Positions 61,712-64,000 of a DNA stretch of 64,000 nt are shown one piece after another. The notes beneath the pieces are model-generated. The model did no database searches. It had not been told where the DNA came from and worked only from the letters and a program-made list of their open reading frames with translations. The DNA lies in assembly GCA_044892525.1 (NCBI GenBank), contig CM097886.1:22010001-22074000 (forward strand), in the 5' to 3' direction. The DNA comes from Schmidtea polychroa. Taxonomy: Eukaryota. Made by a program: the position numbers and the translations under genes. How positions within the stretch are numbered: the stretch's first letter is position 1; each line of letters starts with the position of its first letter.

Positions 61712-64000
61712 CAGGCCCGTACCGTTGGGGGGCCAGGAGGGCCCGCCCCCCCCCCCCAAACGCATGTCTGGCCCCCCCAAATAAAAAAACGGACATGAAT
61801 AAAAAATGATGGTTTTACTTCAAGGTGAAAATGAAATAAACAATTATTCATGTACCATAAACGATCTAATAAGCACTATATAATGGGCCGAATCCTAAAG
61901 AAACCTTTTAATTAAAGTCGGAGCATCGTTTTAAATTTCACTAAATAAAAACTTTCTCGTATCCTAATTAACTGAACTTAATCATTTTCTTAAGTTAAAA
62001 AAGATTCTCTAACAAAACCTTCAATGGGTGGTGAGGTCTTTTAAATTAGTAAAGCAATGTTACATGTCGCGAAATTTCTCAGATGTGTACGGAATTCGAA
62101 CCCCGGAGTGTGTCTATTAATTTCCCCAAATCGTTAAAGGGTAGTGCTGGACAATTAAAATATTAGCCTCAAAGGATTGCTTAACACCAAATGTTAACAG
62201 CGCAACAATTGTCGATACCAAACGTTGTCGACAACAGTTGCTCTAATGTGAATCACTGCATTACATTCAATATGTTTGATAAAAGAAAAATTGCTATCGT
62301 GCACACATGCATTGACATGGGTGTGCATGAGTTGCACATGTAGAGGTTTATGTAGTATTGACGGGGGTAGGATGTTCCATCTATCTGCCTCACTGGAAGA
62401 GACTGGCATGTGAAGTCGGTGGCGTGGGTAGGGTGCGTGCTGTCTGTCATTCCTGCCTCACAGGCAGTAACAACGCATGGAGGCATGATTGAGTATCAGA
62501 GCACGGAGTGGGTGCATTGTGGTCTTTATACGATGGTAGAGAGATAGGCCAATGAGAGCACATCACATGTCATTATACTCAACTCACTCCTATGGCAGAG
62601 TGACATGTTAATTGATCATATTTTGTAACATTATTTTCATCGTATTAGAACATGTCGACACAAAAGAGTATCATGAATTTCTTCCAAGTCATTCCAAAGA
62701 ATTCTGTGACTTCAGTCACTTCATCCAGTGATAGTATCTCTGCTACTATGTCCTCAACTTGTGCTAGTCCTTCATCTGTACCTGCTATTTCATGTATCCG
62801 TGACAGTGCAGTGATGTCCTCATCTTCTTGTGCACCTGCTAAGACTCTGTCATCTACTAAATGTGATCTGGGTGAAGAAATGCCACGCCAGCCAACTGAT
62901 GTAAATTTCCCAAAGACTTCGTTTGGTTCAAGGGAACGCTCATTTTCGTCTGTGTGGTATAATGGAAGACCATATTTGGAGTACTCTATTGAGAAAAATG
63001 CAGTCTTCTGCTTTTGCTGTAGAAAATTTTCATTGCCCGGCTCTGCTGGCGAAAGTGCTTTCAGAACAGGAGGATTCCGAAATTGGAAATCGGCTTTAGA
63101 AAAAGGAAAAGGTTTTCAAAAGCATGAATCTTCTGCTGGCCACATCCATGCCATGGAACGCTGGAAAGAGAAACAGCTGAGATGTGAAAAAGGTGAGGAA
63201 GTTTGCACTTTGATTAATGAAACACAGCTGAAGAACAACCGTTATTATGTCAACGAAATCGTTGACGTTGTAAAGTTTCTTGTGACAAATGAATTAGCCT
63301 TTCGTGGTGACAGTTTCAGTAGAGATGATATTGATGAGGATGATAAGTTTCCGTGTGGTCTATTTTTACGTCTCTTCGAATACACTGTTAAGAAAAATCC
63401 TGAGCTGGCTCGAATCATTAAAACAATTCCCAAAATTGCCACGTACACATCACCTCGAATTCAAAATGAAATTATCGCGTTAATAGCATCAATAGTGCAA
63501 GAGTCAATTGTTAAGAAGTGCAAGTCTGCGGATGTTGAATATTTTACTCTGAAGGTGGATGGTACCAAAGATCGAACAGGGACTGAGAATGTGTCGATTG
63601 CCATAAGGTTTGTCTCAGCAGGACAACCTCAGGAGCACTTAATCTGCATTTCCCGAACAATTGCTCTCAATGCAGAGGCCTTCACAGATGTAATTTTGAC
63701 AACCTTGAAAGAGGCTCAGTTGGATCCTAAAAATATAATTTCCCAATGCTATGATGGAGCCGCTGTTATGTCTGGACAGCATGGTGGGGTGCAGGCCTTG
63801 CTTCAGGAGCGTCTACAAATAGAAATTCCGTATGTCCATTGCTTCAACCACAAGTTGCATTTGGTTGTTGTGTGTGCCGTTTCTGAGTGCCAAAAACTGC
63901 GGGACTTCTTCGACATATGCAGAAACTTATACACATTTTTGTCATATCCTAAGGTTGCGGCCATATATCAAGGCGATAAATTGACACGGCTCATGGAACA
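61712..64000 (+). mobile_element. hAT DNA transposon (ZMYM1/TTF-zinc-finger type), 5' portion, apparently intact
   Basis: Left end CAGGCCCGTACC... at 61712 with a GC-rich subterminal region; uninterrupted transposase ORF follows. Confidence 0.9.
62652..64000 (+). CDS. hAT transposase, open reading frame of 449+ codons to window end
   Basis: MSTQKSIMNFF...; TTF-type Zn finger (WYNGRPYLEYSIEKNAVFCFCC...GFRNWK...KHESSAGH); LAFRG; YTSPRIQNEII; catalytic KVDGTKD and QCYDGA; HCFNHKL (CxxH). Translated by hand with no stop codon. Confidence 0.93.
   Translation, partial: MSTQKSIMNFFQVIPKNSVTSVTSSSDSISATMSSTCASPSSVPAISCIRDSAVMSSSSCAPAKTLSSTKCDLGEEMPRQPTDVNFPKTSFGSRERSFSSVWYNGRPYLEYSIEKNAVFCFCCRKFSLPGSAGESAFRTGGFRNWKSALEKGKGFQKHESSAGHIHAMERWKEKQLRCEKGEEVCTLINETQLKNNRYYVNEIVDVVKFLVTNELAFRGDSFSRDDIDEDDKFPCGLFLRLFEYTVKKNPELARIIKTIPKIATYTSPRIQNEIIALIASIVQESIVKKCKSADVEYFTLKVDGTKDRTGTENVSIAIRFVSAGQPQEHLICISRTIALNAEAFTDVILTTLKEAQLDPKNIISQCYDGAAVMSGQHGGVQALLQERLQIEIPYVHCFNHKLHLVVVCAVSECQKLRDFFDICRNLYTFLSYPKVAAIYQGDKLTRLME

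Noticed and set aside
62085-62110. tRNA T-loop/B-box-like GGTTCGAATTCC on the minus strand
   Set aside because: No A-box or cloverleaf; lies inside the hAT 5' region.
62194-62486. Minus-strand ORFs 62194-62409 and 62253-62486
   Set aside because: Chance ORFs in the GC-rich non-coding 5' region of the hAT; no motifs.

Overview
AT-rich eukaryotic (animal) genomic scaffold with six N-gaps. Intron sizes are bimodal (many 44-56 bp, some several kb); this and the transposon mix suggest a planarian-like flatworm, which is inference only. Two host genes lie head-to-head. (1) Minus strand, ATG at 26605 running off position 1: a giant secreted gel-forming-mucin/hemolectin-like gene of 39 hand-traced exons, phase-consistent except across one N-gap. 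Architecture: signal peptide, 2xEGF, three vWD-C8-TIL assemblies, LDLa, discoidin-like domain, vWC/TIL modules, then a >4.2 kb exon of ~30 acidic 45-aa Ser/Thr repeats. The 1400-aa plus-strand ORF in the track is the antisense shadow of this exon. (2) Plus strand, from 34174 to beyond 60814: MED15 (KIX exons, DPLNALQNLT motif, Q/S/P-rich exons, central helical domain). Introns and the intergenic space hold hAT, piggyBac, Helitron, mariner, Penelope, Gypsy and Polinton-type remnants. Best leads: an uninterrupted GC-rich hAT transposase in a MED15 intron with a splice acceptor in frame with the upstream MED15 exon (possible CSB-PGBD3-like fusion); a prion-like alternative exon in MED15 intron 3; S-x-E-rich mucin repeats with a 405-bp higher-order structure; a single-strand Gypsy/Gypsy/Polinton patchwork; and very small TIR elements with clear target-site duplications. 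All domain and family calls are by-eye motif recognition; no database searches were run.
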